A DNA stretch of 64,000 bases from Paraphysomonas bandaiensis. Its lineage: Eukaryota > Protista > Chrysophyceae. The notes beneath the pieces are model-generated. The model was not told the DNA's origin. It saw only the letters and a list, made by a program, of their open reading frames with translations, and ran no database searches. Below are positions 51,305 to 64,000 of this stretch, piece after piece. How positions within the stretch are numbered: position 1 is the stretch's first letter; the number at the start of each line of letters is the position of its first letter. The position numbers and the translations under genes were made by a program. The stretch covers positions 136,617 to 200,616 of the forward strand of contig CBFFRP010000397.1 of the NCBI GenBank assembly GCA_965644295.1, written 5' to 3'.

Positions 51305-54122
51305 ATGACCACATCACCTTTCTTTTCTCTCTTTGTTCTTCTACAGGCTCTTCTTTTTCAAAGGATTTCTTCCTATCAGAGTCGATTCACGGGACACTTC
51401 ACAGACGATTCGATCGCCTACACGTCAATCACAGTGCCAGATAAAGCCACCCGTATCTCTCTATACATATGGGCAGATCCGCTAAAACATACACCAACGT
51501 ATGTTTTATTAGGTGCGGATCGTGTCCCGACTATTGATGACTATGATGCGGTGTTCACACTGCCATATGGAGGAGAGGTCCTGGAGCTGGTCGATAACAC
51601 TCCATCGAAATCTGTGCTGTATATAGGGATATGGGGTGGAGTGATGCTTCACAGCTATCGATACTTTGGAGGGTCTCCTGTGTATTACTCTACTGCAGTT
51701 ATATCTGAAATTGTCACTTGTGATAGCGTGTACCAGCGAGGTCCATCATGTGTACCAGTTCCACCTCTCCATCACAATTCTCTTACTTCAATTGCAACTT
51801 ATCTTGGCGAGAGGACAAGTAGAATACTTTATATTCCTAACGGCATTGAAAACGTAATATTGACAGCGTCTGTAACACTGTCAAGTGATATGATGAAAGA
51901 TATCTGCTCCCAGATTAGCCATACCATACGATTAGCAGTGTTCCTTTTTCTTGAGAGTTCTTCCGATATGCTCGACAATGCATTGGAGACCGACATTAAG
52001 AATATCTCTAACTTGTGTTCTCGAATTGAACAATCTCATCTATTTGTTGAAGTGGAATTGGTGAGACCCACCGTGGGTTACTGGACATTCCAGTCTGATG
52101 TTACTGTTGGCCACTGTGCGAATGTCACTCAAGTCGGTAATTTGGCGTCGCCAACAGCGCGCGAGCTAAAAAAGGGCGTCTCCAATTGTCTTTTTGCTGA
52201 TACTGATAGTCTCAAAGATCACTTTAAAATTAGTCGCGGCTGTGGAGAGGACCACTCGTTGGCGGCTGAATATGCTGTTGAAAGTATTGATACCGTAAAC
52301 TCTTCCATTAGGAGTGGCTTTTCAATAGATGTTTTCACGAATTTGTATTCCTGTCCGGCGGGATACACGAAAACACAGGAAGTTGTAGGTGCTAGTGCCT
52401 CGGACATTCATAGGTGCATTTTGCAAGTGAGAGAGATGTACAGAACTACCAGTCAAGATACTGCAACCACTCAATTTAGCTTATCTGGGCCGTCGTCGCG
52501 CATCATTAGTACAAATAACCCCGTTCAGAATACTGGTTTTGAATCTTATGCAGTTTTTAGAGGAGACCTTTCCGGACTCAGGTTTGATCCTGCCGGAGGA
52601 GTAATGATCGTTCGTCTGAGTAGCGCCTCCACTGATGGGATTGATAGTGAGCCGAATGCTGTTTTCTCTGTGTTATTGAGATATGGGGGCGTTCCTAACG
52701 AAGACACCATGACACAACTGACTGAGAATTATTATTCTCGGTTGGCTTCTCATCCAAAGCAGTCCATGGTGTCTCCTAACTTATATATGCTTAGCTCAGA
52801 CGACACACATGTGATGTGGAGAAAAACTAAGGTGTACGCCGAAAGCACAGAGCGTGTTGGGATTCAGTATACATGGATTATGGACAAACCTCGTCTGACG
52901 ATTATAAACCCTGGAGAGAGTCTCTACGTACGCGTCTCTGTTTCTGACTCAAACACAGATGATATCACCGCAGAATACGACCTAAAAATCAAAGTATTCT
53001 TTGCTATGTGCGCTGACAGGTCGCATTGTGTGCATGGTGATTGTGTAGTTCAGAATGGTGACGTGGTTGTATCTTCTTGCTCATGCAGGTCAGCAATATT
53101 TGAACGTAAATGCGCCGGTTATATAAATGCACTTGCAGATACCCTTGGGCCGGCGAGCGTTGTGATGAGCTTGCGGAATCATTTGGTTTCTATATATTCA
53201 AAGTACGTTTTGTAGTTAGAATATACTAACGTCTTGATATGGGTTATGGCGTTGTGTAGGTTTGTATTCTCGTTCTCAGTAACTGCGCAGCTGTGCCTTC
53301 TGTGATGCTCGCTATAAAGTACAACTTGCCTGTGGTGGCAGCTACGCTATTTTGTGCCGGTTTATCGAGTGGTCTTTACCATCTATGTGATAGCGATTTG
53401 TATTGTATTGGCGGACTGTCTTTCAGTGCATTGCAGGTACGTAGTCTTCGTTTTTTATAGATGAATAAATTGTAATATAGATATGTGATGTACTATTCGC
53501 AACATCCTCAATGGCTGCCATTGCTATTCATCATTGTCCGTGGAGCACGGATAGAAGGTCTGCTGCAGCCCTTGTTCTCCTTGCATTTCTCGTGTCTCCG
53601 GTTTCCAACAGTCCTACTAATGCGGTTGTTATAATCCTGGCGATATCACTAAGCATTATTGTCGTCATACTTTCGTGGGTTGGTATATACCTTCCCTATT
53701 CGTGTATATATAAGCGGTTGTCGCGTCAAGATGAGAATGGTGACAGTCACATTGAATTGACGGAAACTTCTATCTCCTCCCCAACTACCTCTCTCGAAGA
53801 AAATGATACTGAGACAAGTGAGGCCGAGAGTCTTCTTCCTACCGATAGCAGTGCAGTTGGAAGTCCGTTGAGCACGGGAGAATATGACGACAGAACATCG
53901 TCGTCATGCTGTAGAGAGTTTGGTTTGACCATTGCTGGAATTGTTATGGTTGTACTTGCATTTGCCTGCTATGTTGGGCAAAATAGAACAAACTATTGGA
54001 TATCACATAGCCTATGGCATACTCTGGCAATGGGATCGACGTATTGCTTTATTCAGAATAGAGACAGAGCCGTCAATAGAATGCACTCCTATCATACGCC
54101 CTTTGCAGTGCAACGTAGGTAG
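51305..54122 (+). CDS. TMEM8/PGAP6-like membrane protein (signal peptide, large ectodomain, EGF-like domain, DUF3522/CREST TM region)
   Basis: HCVHGDC..CSCR/YPWAGERCD; LSNCAAVP; SSGLYHLCD; YWISHSLWHTLAM. Confidence 0.85.
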
Positions 54123-54904
54123 AAATTTGTACTTCTACCGCTGTGTGCTTCTTTTTATTTGTACGTTTCAATTTCAAATAGAAATCGTAAATGATTTAAT
54201 GGTTAATGTTTTGAAACTGTTGAAATATGGCATGTATATAGTCAATTATAACTTATATGAGCATAGTACTAATCAGGGGGCGCAAATAATATACTGCCAG
54301 CAATAATAATAATAATATTTTAAAGACCAATAACAATTAATAAATATGTTGCTATATATTGATATATACTGGGCGCTAAGAAGAAGTATTAGCTCGATCG
54401 GTACCTTGTGTGCGATAAATACGAAAGAGATGACAGTCGAATAGTTAGGAATCGAATAATAGTTTTGGTGTTGTGACCAAAGTAAGGAATATTGAAGTCA
54501 TTCTACTGACATCTTGCCTAGTGACAGCTTTGTTGAGTTCTGCTATGTGAGAGCAATTGAAAGCTGTAGTTATAAGATATTTAAATTACAGTAGTATGCA
54601 GTTGTACTTATTGACTCTTGTTAATCGTACTGTGAGAATGAATGACCATAAGTACATATAGGTAAAACAGAATATAGTGATGCTGCAAGTTGTAGTGACG
54701 AAGTAAGATCGTATGAGAAATGAGTGCTAGTAGAGATATTCTCTGTATTGAGTATAAGTTTACCTTCTGTTGTGTTGAGTTGTTAATACTTCTCATATAT
54801 AAATCAAACTTTAATATGTTTATACTGGTATACTCTTTCAGATCATAAGAAAAATATAGTCTTCATACGAGAATTAGTGAATCTTGTTAGTAAATGTCTA
54901 TTTA

Positions 54905-55400
54905 GCAATAGGCGTTCAAGAGTCAGAACCAGATTAGTGGCTAGATGCAAGATGATAACTAGTCAAGCTAGATAAGCATCTACTATTTACTAACTACTCT
55001 GATATTCTACTATTTAATATTTAACGCTACAGAATTGCTTGTGCGTCGCCGCAAGCACCAAGGTGGGACCATTCTCGCCATATTCATAGATGATAGATGT
55101 GTATGCAGGGGACGTTGCACAACGAGCAGCATGATCTAGTGAATCTTGGTACAATGTTATTTTCACTGTAGAGTCCGATTTTAACAGAGCTAAAGACGTC
55201 ACTATTGAAATAACTCACACGGAGGTGGTCGCACCTTGGTGCTTGCAGCGACGCACAAACAGCTTCCGTAGCGTTAAATAATAGTAGGATAATGGAACTT
55301 GTGCTGATTAGTTATGGGTAGAGGTCTAACGTCTAACTAGTATGTCTAGCATTCAACTAGCTACTATATTGGTGCAGGTTTATAACGCCTATATTGACAA
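54905..55400. mobile_element. Inverted pair of R1 5'-end segments around a ~155-bp core
   Basis: TTTAACGCTAC..TTGTGCGTCGCCGCAAGCACCAAGGTG at ~55020-55067 and its near reverse complement at ~55226-55280. Confidence 0.65.
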
Positions 55401-55788
55401 TTGACCATTTTCAGATGATTAAGATCGTTGTAAGAGAAGTTTAAGTTAGTCAAACTAGATAGATTACTTTATTATGATTGTATACACAATTGTAACACAT
55501 GTCAACAACATGATAAATTATTTCGTTCATGTCAACCACTGCTCAACTTCCGTATCTTGAATCGTCATGATATAATACTTCAGTTTCACAGTTATAGCTA
55601 TATAGCACCTTTGACTATTGACTACGTATTACTGTTTTTCACATTGTATTTAACGTATTCTACAGTACTATCTTAGAGAACCATACGTATTCCAACACTC
55701 CTCCTCAATGTAGAAACGAGTAATCGTCATTATACTGCAGCTATATATATCATCTAGTCATCTTAGGATAAAACGGATGTGAAAATCT

Positions 55789-56767
55789 TCATAAAGATAC
55801 TGTAGTCTGCAGTTTGGACTGCCATGCGATTGCTCCAGCACATAAGAATACAATGTAACCGGTAGTTGAACGTCTCGTTAGTATATCACCTGCCCAGTCC
55901 GCATCACTAAATACATGTAAATCAAACTTACTCCCACTGAATTTGATTCCTTTGCTGGTGGTGCCTCTCAAATATTTCAATAAATGAATAGCTGTAAACG
56001 ACACGATGTGTATGTAGGATTACTGCTGTATCTCGATAGTAGTCCGATTGCATAGGCGAGATCTGGTCTTGTGTGGAGTGCGAGATACAGGATTGCTCCA
56101 ATAATACTACGATACGGAAATTTTGAGACCCAGTCCTCCTGTTCTGATGTAAGTTCCCGTTCTGCAGCTAGTAGTTCTTGTGCATTTGATGGCAACGGAG
56201 CTTCCTTATTCTTTCTACTGTTCCCCATGACATATTTGAACTTCTGAATCACTTTCTCCGCATACTTTGATTGATCTAGTTTGAACCAGTCTTCGCCTCT
56301 CGTGATTCGGATATTTAGAAAACTCTGGCACTCTCCCATGTCCCTCATCTCAAACGTTTGGCAGAACTTGTCCTTGACAAAAACAAGGAATTCAAAATCC
56401 ATAGATGCGATTATGATGTCATCTAGATACAGGAGTAATAGCGTAAGTCTGCCTTGGTGCCAACAATAATATAAGCAGGTATCTAACACGCATGATCTAA
56501 ACTGCATTGACTTTATGAATTTATCGATGTGGCGATTCCACTGATGACGCGGTGAGGCTCGTAAACCATATAGTGCTTTGATGAGTTTAAAACACCATCC
56601 GTTGCTGAGCTCCTCATCTGGAGGTGGGTACATGTAGACATCTTCATCTAAATTCGCATAACAAAATGCAGAACTGACATCAAGCTGGTGTACATGCATA
56701 TGAAACATAAAAGCAATTGCAATCACGAGCCTGATAGTTATCCCTTTGACAACCGGTGCAAATGTAG
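55789..56767 (-). mobile_element. Ty1/Copia RT and RNase H fragment (frameshifted, truncated)
   Basis: TFAPVVK, HQLDVSSAF, KALYGL, LLYLDD, PYRSIIGAILYL..TRPDLAYA, FSDADWAGD..RRSTTG. Confidence 0.95.
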
Positions 56768-57145
56768 ATCCCTCAACAAAGTCGGACTCGCACCTTTTCG
56801 TGGTATTCTGGGGGATAAGTACCGGAGAGATTCTCTCTGGGAAACTAACGTGAGCCGCAAACATAGTCAGCAGATATTGTTCTGCCCACTCATAGCCAAA
56901 TGCTTGTGTGGTACAAGGGACACTAATAAGTGTCACTTGTGTAGACGTCTTTGGGCCCTGACGAATAAACAGGCATCCGGGAATGGGCCCACCTCAAGGG
57001 CATCCGGGACAGGGCCCACCAGAAGGGTAACCGGGGTATTGGGCTGCCTGCTGAAGTTAAGCATCCGGGATGTTCACCTTTAGGACTCAAATACCTGAAG
57101 TTAGCATAATATGTCAGTGTGTCTGCCGGACCTGTATCATAAGTT

Positions 57146-57550
57146 TTACGGGGGATGGTTGGGGCTAGATGTATATGAGAGTGTAAGTCGGTGGTGAGAG
57201 TGTAAGTCGGTCAATTGTGTGGCAGTAATGTGGCCGGTCCAGTAGCGCTCAGCTTGGGGTGTGTGTGGATTCCATGCGGCTTTTGCTAGTTTGATTATGG
57301 CGGTGTGAAACCAGGGATTGGGGAGCGTGCGTGTGCAAAGTTTGTCGAACTTGTTGTGGTGTGCTTGGTGAACATCTTCACGTATGTGAGTGAGGTCCGG
57401 GTGTGTGCAGGTGAGAAGCATGTGTGCCATGTTGTCGAATGGGAGTGCACAGTCTGCGCATGCTGAGGCCGTTGTTATGTGATCAGGCCCGGTTTTTCCT
57501 TTGGCTTGGTTTCTGCCCATCGCGTATGATTTGTCCCAAACGTAGGTGTA
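57146..57550 (-). mobile_element. Non-LTR retrotransposon ORF2 C-terminal zinc-knuckle fragment
   Basis: CADCALPFDNMAHMLLTCTHPDLTHIR (C-x2-C...H-x4-C...R) and YWTG. Confidence 0.65.
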
Positions 57551-57960
57551 TAGTGAAATGGTATATGGGTGAATAGTGAGATAGTGTAGTGATGTATAGT
57601 TAGGTGGTATAGTGGTATACAGTAGATGGTATAGTGGTATAATATAGTGGGATGGTATAGTGATACATAGTAATATGGTATGAGTGTATAGTGTATAGTA
57701 GTGAGATGGTATATGGGTGTGAGATGGTATATGGGTGTATAGTGAGATAGTGTAGTGATGTATAGTTAGGTGGTATATAGTGGTATACAGTAGATGGTAT
57801 AGTGGTATAATATAGTGGGATGGTATAGTGATGCATAGTACTATGGTATGGGTGTATAGTGAGATGGTATATGGGTGTGAGATGGTATGTGGGTGTATTT
57901 TGAGATGGTATAGTGGTGTTTAGTGAGATGGTAAAGTGGTGTACAGTGAGATGGTTATAG
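57545..57960. repeat. G/T/A low-complexity minisatellite with an internal ~165-bp duplication
   Basis: Recurrent GTATAGTGAGATGGTATATGGG-like units. Confidence 0.85.
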
Positions 57961-59568
57961 TTCATACTTGTGAACTGTATGTAATATATATGTGTAGTCG
58001 GTGATTTTTATTGCTGTAAAACTGAAGTAATATGGAAGAAATTAGTAAAAAATATTATAAATAATACTTTTCATACTGTTATTATCTTCATAGTTACTTA
58101 TTGTGCATAGTTATACCCTTTTCCAACCATCATCAAAAATTTCACCAGGTTTTACATCAAAAGCCAGGTTTTGGTATTACCTCGACTTCTTAAGAACTCA
58201 AAACACCTGAAGTCAGCAGATGTCAGGTATATCAACATTCTGCTTGCTCCCTGCGTTTGCTTTGAGTGATTGATGCTGAGTATGAGTTCACATTATTCGG
58301 TATCTGTGTGGCCAATGACCGAGGTAATGCGTCAAACTTTCCTCATGGATGCATGGCAATGGCAATGATGTGATTAGACCTGTCATGTCTTCTCACACGT
58401 CTACTGCCTAGTCTTGGTTTCTCCTGACCCAGGTCATTGAGATTATATCAAGGCTCTGGCACTGTTCTCCAAGCAGTGTCAGGTACATTTGTGGTGCTTT
58501 TATGTTATTCTTGCTTAGTAGGTTTTCATCCGAGCGGGGAAGGTGCACGGTTTCCTACTAGTGTAAGTCACTCGGGAGAAGAGTGCAAGGTGGATGCATG
58601 TGCTGGACGAGTGCACACAATGGAGGGAAGACATTGGAGTCAGCTTGAATTTGTAACAGATTTTGGTAGATGTCTGTTTCATGCGTCAGTGTGCAAAATT
58701 GCACCAGTGAGACCGCTTCGTGACCGTGGGAGGACCCGGCGCTATAGAGCTACTTTATTCTCCCTTCCAGACTACCTGCTGCTGTGAACACCACCTTGAA
58801 GAGGGCCCTAAAGATCTGCCGCATATACAGGAGACATATGCCGAAGACACCGACCGCAAGTTGTTTGTGTTAGGACAAGTAGATTAGGCAGGAGCGTATG
58901 ATCCGGCTTAAACACGCAACTCGTCGTATGCCCATGTAGCTAACTAAATCGTGTTGTATAGTTGAGCACTTGTCGGTGCATGCAATAGTAACTAGATGAG
59001 AGTCATGTTATGCATAGTGTCGCGCGAGTTGTTAGGTTGGTCGCGGCAACGCACAAAAGCTTGCGCTTCTTAATAATCAGATTTTCAATGCAAATGTACG
59101 ATCTTACATCGTCACTGTCTTGTGCAATCCAATATATTTCAGATTCAGTACTACAATAGCTATCATATCATTGGTTCTCATAATACGGTTAGCTACTACT
59201 GTATTATTTGAGTAAAGGTTATAATTCAAAAATTCAAATATCTTAGAAACTACGGCTTTTAATTGCTCACAAACAGCAGAACTCAACATTACAGTTATAG
59301 CTATACTATTTTTGACTACGTATTACAGTTTCGCGCATCGTATTTAACGTATTCTACAGTTCCATCCTTTAGAGAAGCATACATATTCCAATATTTTGAG
59401 TTAGTTTACAGTTACCATTATTATCCCTTATGTAGATACGTTTGATTTGAATAAATACTATGATTTCTCATTATGAGGAATGAGTAAAAATCTATCTAGT
59501 CAAATAATTACACAAAGAAAGCGCAACACAAGCCTTCACAGCTAAATGTACCTCAGAAATAATACCTC

Positions 59569-60700
59569 TTAAATTGTGTATGTTGAAACTAGTTCACCAA
59601 CTGCGAATGTTGGTGACGAACGACAAACAATCTGATTCTGGGTCTGATACTTGTTCTTCAGCCTCAGAATGCTTTCTGTTAAACAGGTTGCATTGATACG
59701 CTCCTGCTCCTCCCTCTTCCTAGCAGCAGCATTCTTCCTGTTGACCTCACGTCGTGCTTTACTCGTCAATGTACGGTGCATTGAGCACACCTCTCGGTTC
59801 GTCGGGTAAAGATCCATCTGACTCTTGAATAACTTATCGTGGGAGGGATGCGCTTAATTGCGGCTGAGTTGTGCCCGCTGTATTGAACGTGAGTGGGTTG
59901 TGCTCTAACCGTCCATATACCTGGACGGCCACAAGACACTGACTTCTTGTTCCCCGTTCACGTGCTTCAACATGCATTTCTGATACACCTGTTCCACCAA
60001 AAAGTCTAGTTCTGAATGGAACATATACACCACCGCCCTCCAATACATACTGACTATGTATTCATACCCGGGTCTGGAATTATCCCACCACTTGTAGTTA
60101 TAAAATCTTGAGCATTGTCACTCTTGGGGGCTATTACGTCGCACCAATACCTCCACTCGGCTGCTACTTCAGGATTGTCGACTTCGTACGTTGTCTGCAT
60201 GAGCAATGAAAGTGTCTCTAATAAATTTCTTGAACCAGAAACAAAAGGCGCAGGAGCTGAAATCACACCATGGGGTAACCTGGGAAGGGGATCGAATGGA
60301 GGTTCGCCAGGCTGAGGGGTGTGAATCATTTTCACAGATCTGCGGGATTAGAAGCCACATATACTCTCTCCGCCTGTCCATCGTCAACAATTTCTATGTA
60401 ATTGTCACCAGCGTATGCTTTGTATGTAGTTTTGACGCCTAAAGGGTGATCCTCCGAAACAGTGACCTCTTTCGAAAAGCAGGATTGTAGCTGGGTCCAT
60501 TCTTCTTTAAAAGCATGCGCAAAGTGAGGATCCACACAGTTCTTGAAGAATTGTGCAATGTCAGAAGCGCAAATATATCAGTCACCCACACCTTAACCTT
60601 TGAAGACACTGCCTTCTTTATCATCGAAGCAAACTCTGAAGGACTTAAGCAGTACTGGTCTCTGAGGTAGCACCATATAAGAGGTGTAACTTTTCTGTGC
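59569..60700 (-). pseudogene. Disrupted ORF of unknown family (probably transposon-derived)
   Basis: Chain of abutting same-strand ORFs (60439, 60332, 60054, 59834, 59569) separated by stops and frameshifts, with protein-like composition. Confidence 0.45.
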
Positions 60701-61193
60701 CCGCAGATGACTCACAAACCGTGACTCAACTCTGAATGGACCAAGAAAAGATGATCTCTTGTCTAGACTCTACAACCCACCAAAATAGTATCCGCCAGCG
60801 GGCTGCGATACTGTCCAGGGCGCAACGACGGGCGCACTGCCAGAAACACTAACAAACCGTAGGTGCTCTTTAAGAAAAGTAAATTATAAAGTCAGTGACA
60901 AGAATGAGCAAACACCCATCTCGTTCAACGTAGATCAACACTACACTACGATCAACACTTCACACTCGAAAAACAATATTCACGTACTAAAACCAATATT
61001 CACATACGAAAACTTCGACTATCTACGAAATCACGTATTTTGTACTAAAACTTCGAAGTTCTGGACTTCAGTCCAAATCGAATGTGAATCGCCATCAGAA
61101 ACTGAAAAACGTATCTCAGCTACTAAACTAAAAACCTCGAATGTCGTAAACTGAAAAAGGTAAGTCCCAAATACAGTGAATATACCCTGTATA

Positions 61194-64000
61194 TGACAAC
61201 CTCTATATGCTTATGCATATCATATATATACCATATACTGCTCCAGATATATACGATATATACACACTATATACAGCACAGTATTCTATATACAAATACA
61301 CGCAGTGTATACTGCTGCGTGACACTACCCTCTTTTTCCTTCCAACGGATAAGAGATTCCGGAAATTAGGAAAATTCAAAATTAAGAGAGGATATTGGGA
61401 AATCTGGCACAGAAGGCGGAGTCTACCAGAACCATGGTGTCAGGGTTAAAATCTCGTGTAGTTCCATAGTTCTGGACATCATAGGCTGACCATTCAAAAG
61501 TAGAGTTAAAGAGAGAACAATACACATCAATAGTGATCCTTTTGCGGCCCGCCCAACGCTTATAGACACATTGAACTACATAAAGAGTATCATATGCATT
61601 AGGTAATTCTAAAGCGTCATAGAAGTCTGCACCCCACGCTCGAAGATTAACAAAGACAGCGTCTCCAGGTATGACAGTGGATATAACACACTTCTTGAGT
61701 TTAGTCTTCTGTTGCACTGCTTCCTTTGCAGAAAAACGTAAGGGAAACAATTCAGGGACACTGAAAATATATTCATGAAAAGCTTCACTTGTCGCAAGAT
61801 CAGTAGAGTATGGCATCCACAACAACGATTGATCGGAGAAGAGAACTCTGAAATCCATAGTAGTTCTTTTTTCGGGGTCCCCTCTATAAGCCACCACTTT
61901 GTCAAGAGAAAATTGCCTATAGTCAATCATTGCTATGCGAAAAGCCTCCTCCTTGCTACCAAAGAATGGCTTCAACCAGGACATATGTAACGTTACATCA
62001 AACCGCATTACAAAATGAGTACAAATAACATCGGCCTTGTACGTGGATACTACTTCATACGGTCCTTTGAATCGAGGATATAATTTGGACGGCTTATGTT
62101 TCGTTACATCCAGTTTAAACAAAACAAGCTGGCCTGGTTGATATTGAGTCATTTTCTCTGCTGGGGTTTTGGACATACGTTTATTCTGAATTTTCTTCTG
62201 AACTTCACACGCAATTTTCCTGATAGCTTTAAGGTTATCATTGAAATTGGAAATATAAGTCGAAGAAGCAAATTCATCTGAAGAACTGTCAGGGATATGA
62301 AAATACTTTGAATCCATTGTTCCAAACGTAAACTCAAAAGGTGAAAGACCCGTCTCACTTGAAATTTCATCGTTGAGAATGAATTGTATCAACAAATAGC
62401 ATTCTGGGTCACTCCAATTTTCTAATCTTTCGTCATGAACCAATGCACTAAGAAAACGCAATAATTCCCGATTACTTCGTTCCACCATGTTGGACTCATG
62501 TCTATTCACTAACGACATTCTAAAGCGGACTCCAAACCATTTCAGGAGTAACTGAACAACCCTAGCTGTGATATTCGAACCTGGATCCGATACCATCACT
62601 TCAGAAATTCCATATGTGACAAAGTAACTGAACAAAGCACGTGCCACTCCCTCTGCTGAGTAATTACGAGCTGGATATATTCCTACTAGGCGAGATGGTA
62701 ATTGTTTCACCACATGAATACAACAATAACCATTAGCATCTACCGGAGTAACAGTCAATGTATCGAAACCCACAAAATGTCTGCAATTATCAAGATTTAA
62801 TGCTCTTACTCGGCGCTTGCAACGATGTACTCATATCATAACCTAACTTTTGACAAATAGGACATCGATCAATAAAATCTTGGATAATTTCTGTTGTCAA
62901 GGTATGGCCCGGAAATACCTTACTAAGTTTCAACCATGTTCTCTTAGCTCCGTGATGACCCATTCTACCATTGTGTACTAGATCAAAAGCTTCTTTTAGA
63001 GACTTTGGCTGTAAATTCTGACTAGCTAACTCATCCAAGGCTTTGACTAGTTCCTCTGGGAATTCTGAAACACAAGCAAGATCATCTGCCTCCGCTGACA
63101 ACATACCACTCTCATCATACATAACAAAGTTGGTCTTCCGACGACAGACTAGAGATTCTCATGCTCACTCTCGAACCTGAATCCAATATCTAGACGTGAA
63201 TCTTGAAGACGCAGATCACTAACAACATGCAAGAAGCTGCTCTCTCCTGTCCCATTCTTGATAACCAATCCGCGAAACGATTTAGTTTACCTTTGAAATG
63301 TAACAAATCCATATCAAAGTTTTGCATGAACATTCTCATTCGAACTATTCGGTCAACTACTGAAATTTCCATCCACTTTAGATTTGCTTGATCCGTCATA
63401 ATCGTAAAGTGTTTTCCTCTCAAGTAGTACGACAACTTAAAGATAGAATAGAATATACCAAAACATTCCTTGTCTATAGTTGACCATTTGAAAGCAAGAT
63501 CTGAAAATTTTAGAAACCATAGAAAGAAATCAAGTACATTCTCTTGTTGAGATATTGACACACAGGCTCAATACCCACATCATAGATAGCCTTTTTTGTC
63601 GACTGGAAATCTGTAGAACACTTACATGGAAAAGGAAACCTGGAAATTATAAAAAAACATCAAGTTAACTGCAGAACTTCCATGTTGAACTTTGACTCAT
63701 TGATTCCCACATAGTTACTCAGAACAATGTATAACAACCAGTTTTGATACACTCATAGAATCAATTTTCAACTCAGGAGTACATAGCATCTGATAGTTCT
63801 CTGACATTAGAGTTCGAACAACAGACTTTCTATCACATCGCTGACACAGGATCTCACTCATTACCCTGAACTGTTTGAGAAGTGACAACCTCGAAAGAAT
63901 TTTACATTCCAAGAATATAATATAATATCATCAAACTCAAACAACTTATTTTGAATCAAGGAATTCAAAATTGTAGGTACATTTCAAATACCATCACAAT
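61194..64000 (-). mobile_element. Ty3/Gypsy LTR retrotransposon remnant: RNase H, integrase, chromo-like domain, PPT and 3' LTR
   Basis: WSTIDKEC..TDQANL..GKLNRFADWLSR; HHCC motif (HNGRMGHHG..CPICQK); DDE core (SDPGSN, VERSN); GPY; PPT GGAAGGAAAAAGAGGGTAG at 61325-61343 then TGTCACG at 61324; LTR left boundary (61194) tentative. Confidence 0.9.

Larger units (their letters stand above)
56768..58270 (-). mobile_element. R1 copy abutting Copia RT, split into 56768-57106 and 58195-58270 by intervening sequence
   Basis: The two pieces are collinear with the 7715-8095 copy. Confidence 0.7.

Noticed and set aside
50772-51444. Five long ORFs (YIHT/MYVC repeats)
   Set aside because: Translations of the (TATG)n microsatellite
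56768-56936. Novel N-terminal domain fused to Copia RT
   Set aside because: It is repeat R1 read in frame by chance; other R1 copies carry frameshifting indels
58790-58860. Hammerhead ribozyme-like TGAAGA..GAA core
   Set aside because: Lacks the canonical CTGAnGA/GAAA core and supporting stems

Overview
AT-rich, gene-dense eukaryotic DNA with many short (~50-60 nt) GT-AG introns. It is probably from a flagellated stramenopile or similar protist; this is an inference from the 5S sequence, a CFAP96 homologue and the transposon repertoire. Recognisable genes are CIA2/FAM96B, an EF-hand protein, a CCCH zinc-finger protein, a PSP1-domain protein, CNOT9/RCD1, an SDR, CFAP96, a Rab, PRI1, CstF-77, a PH-domain protein, a DOT1-like methyltransferase, ARV1 and a TMEM8-like protein, plus two dispersed 5S rRNA genes. 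Mobile DNA includes hAT remnants and MITEs, a recurrent ~600-bp dispersed repeat (R1), and Copia, LINE and Gypsy remnants clustered at 55-64 kb. Most notable: (1) a ~3.8-kb intron-containing tyrosine-recombinase (Crypton-like) unit with palindromic inverted ends, a K-x-x-R catalytic variant, a slippery-site C-terminus and an adjacent A-A-B-B-B repeat array; (2) a 4.1-kb foldback element with 1.78-kb near-perfect arms and a 4-bp ATTT duplication; (3) a pair of paralogous orphan ~95-aa genes; (4) an in-frame exon+intron tandem repeat in the EF-hand gene. All exon structures were read by eye.
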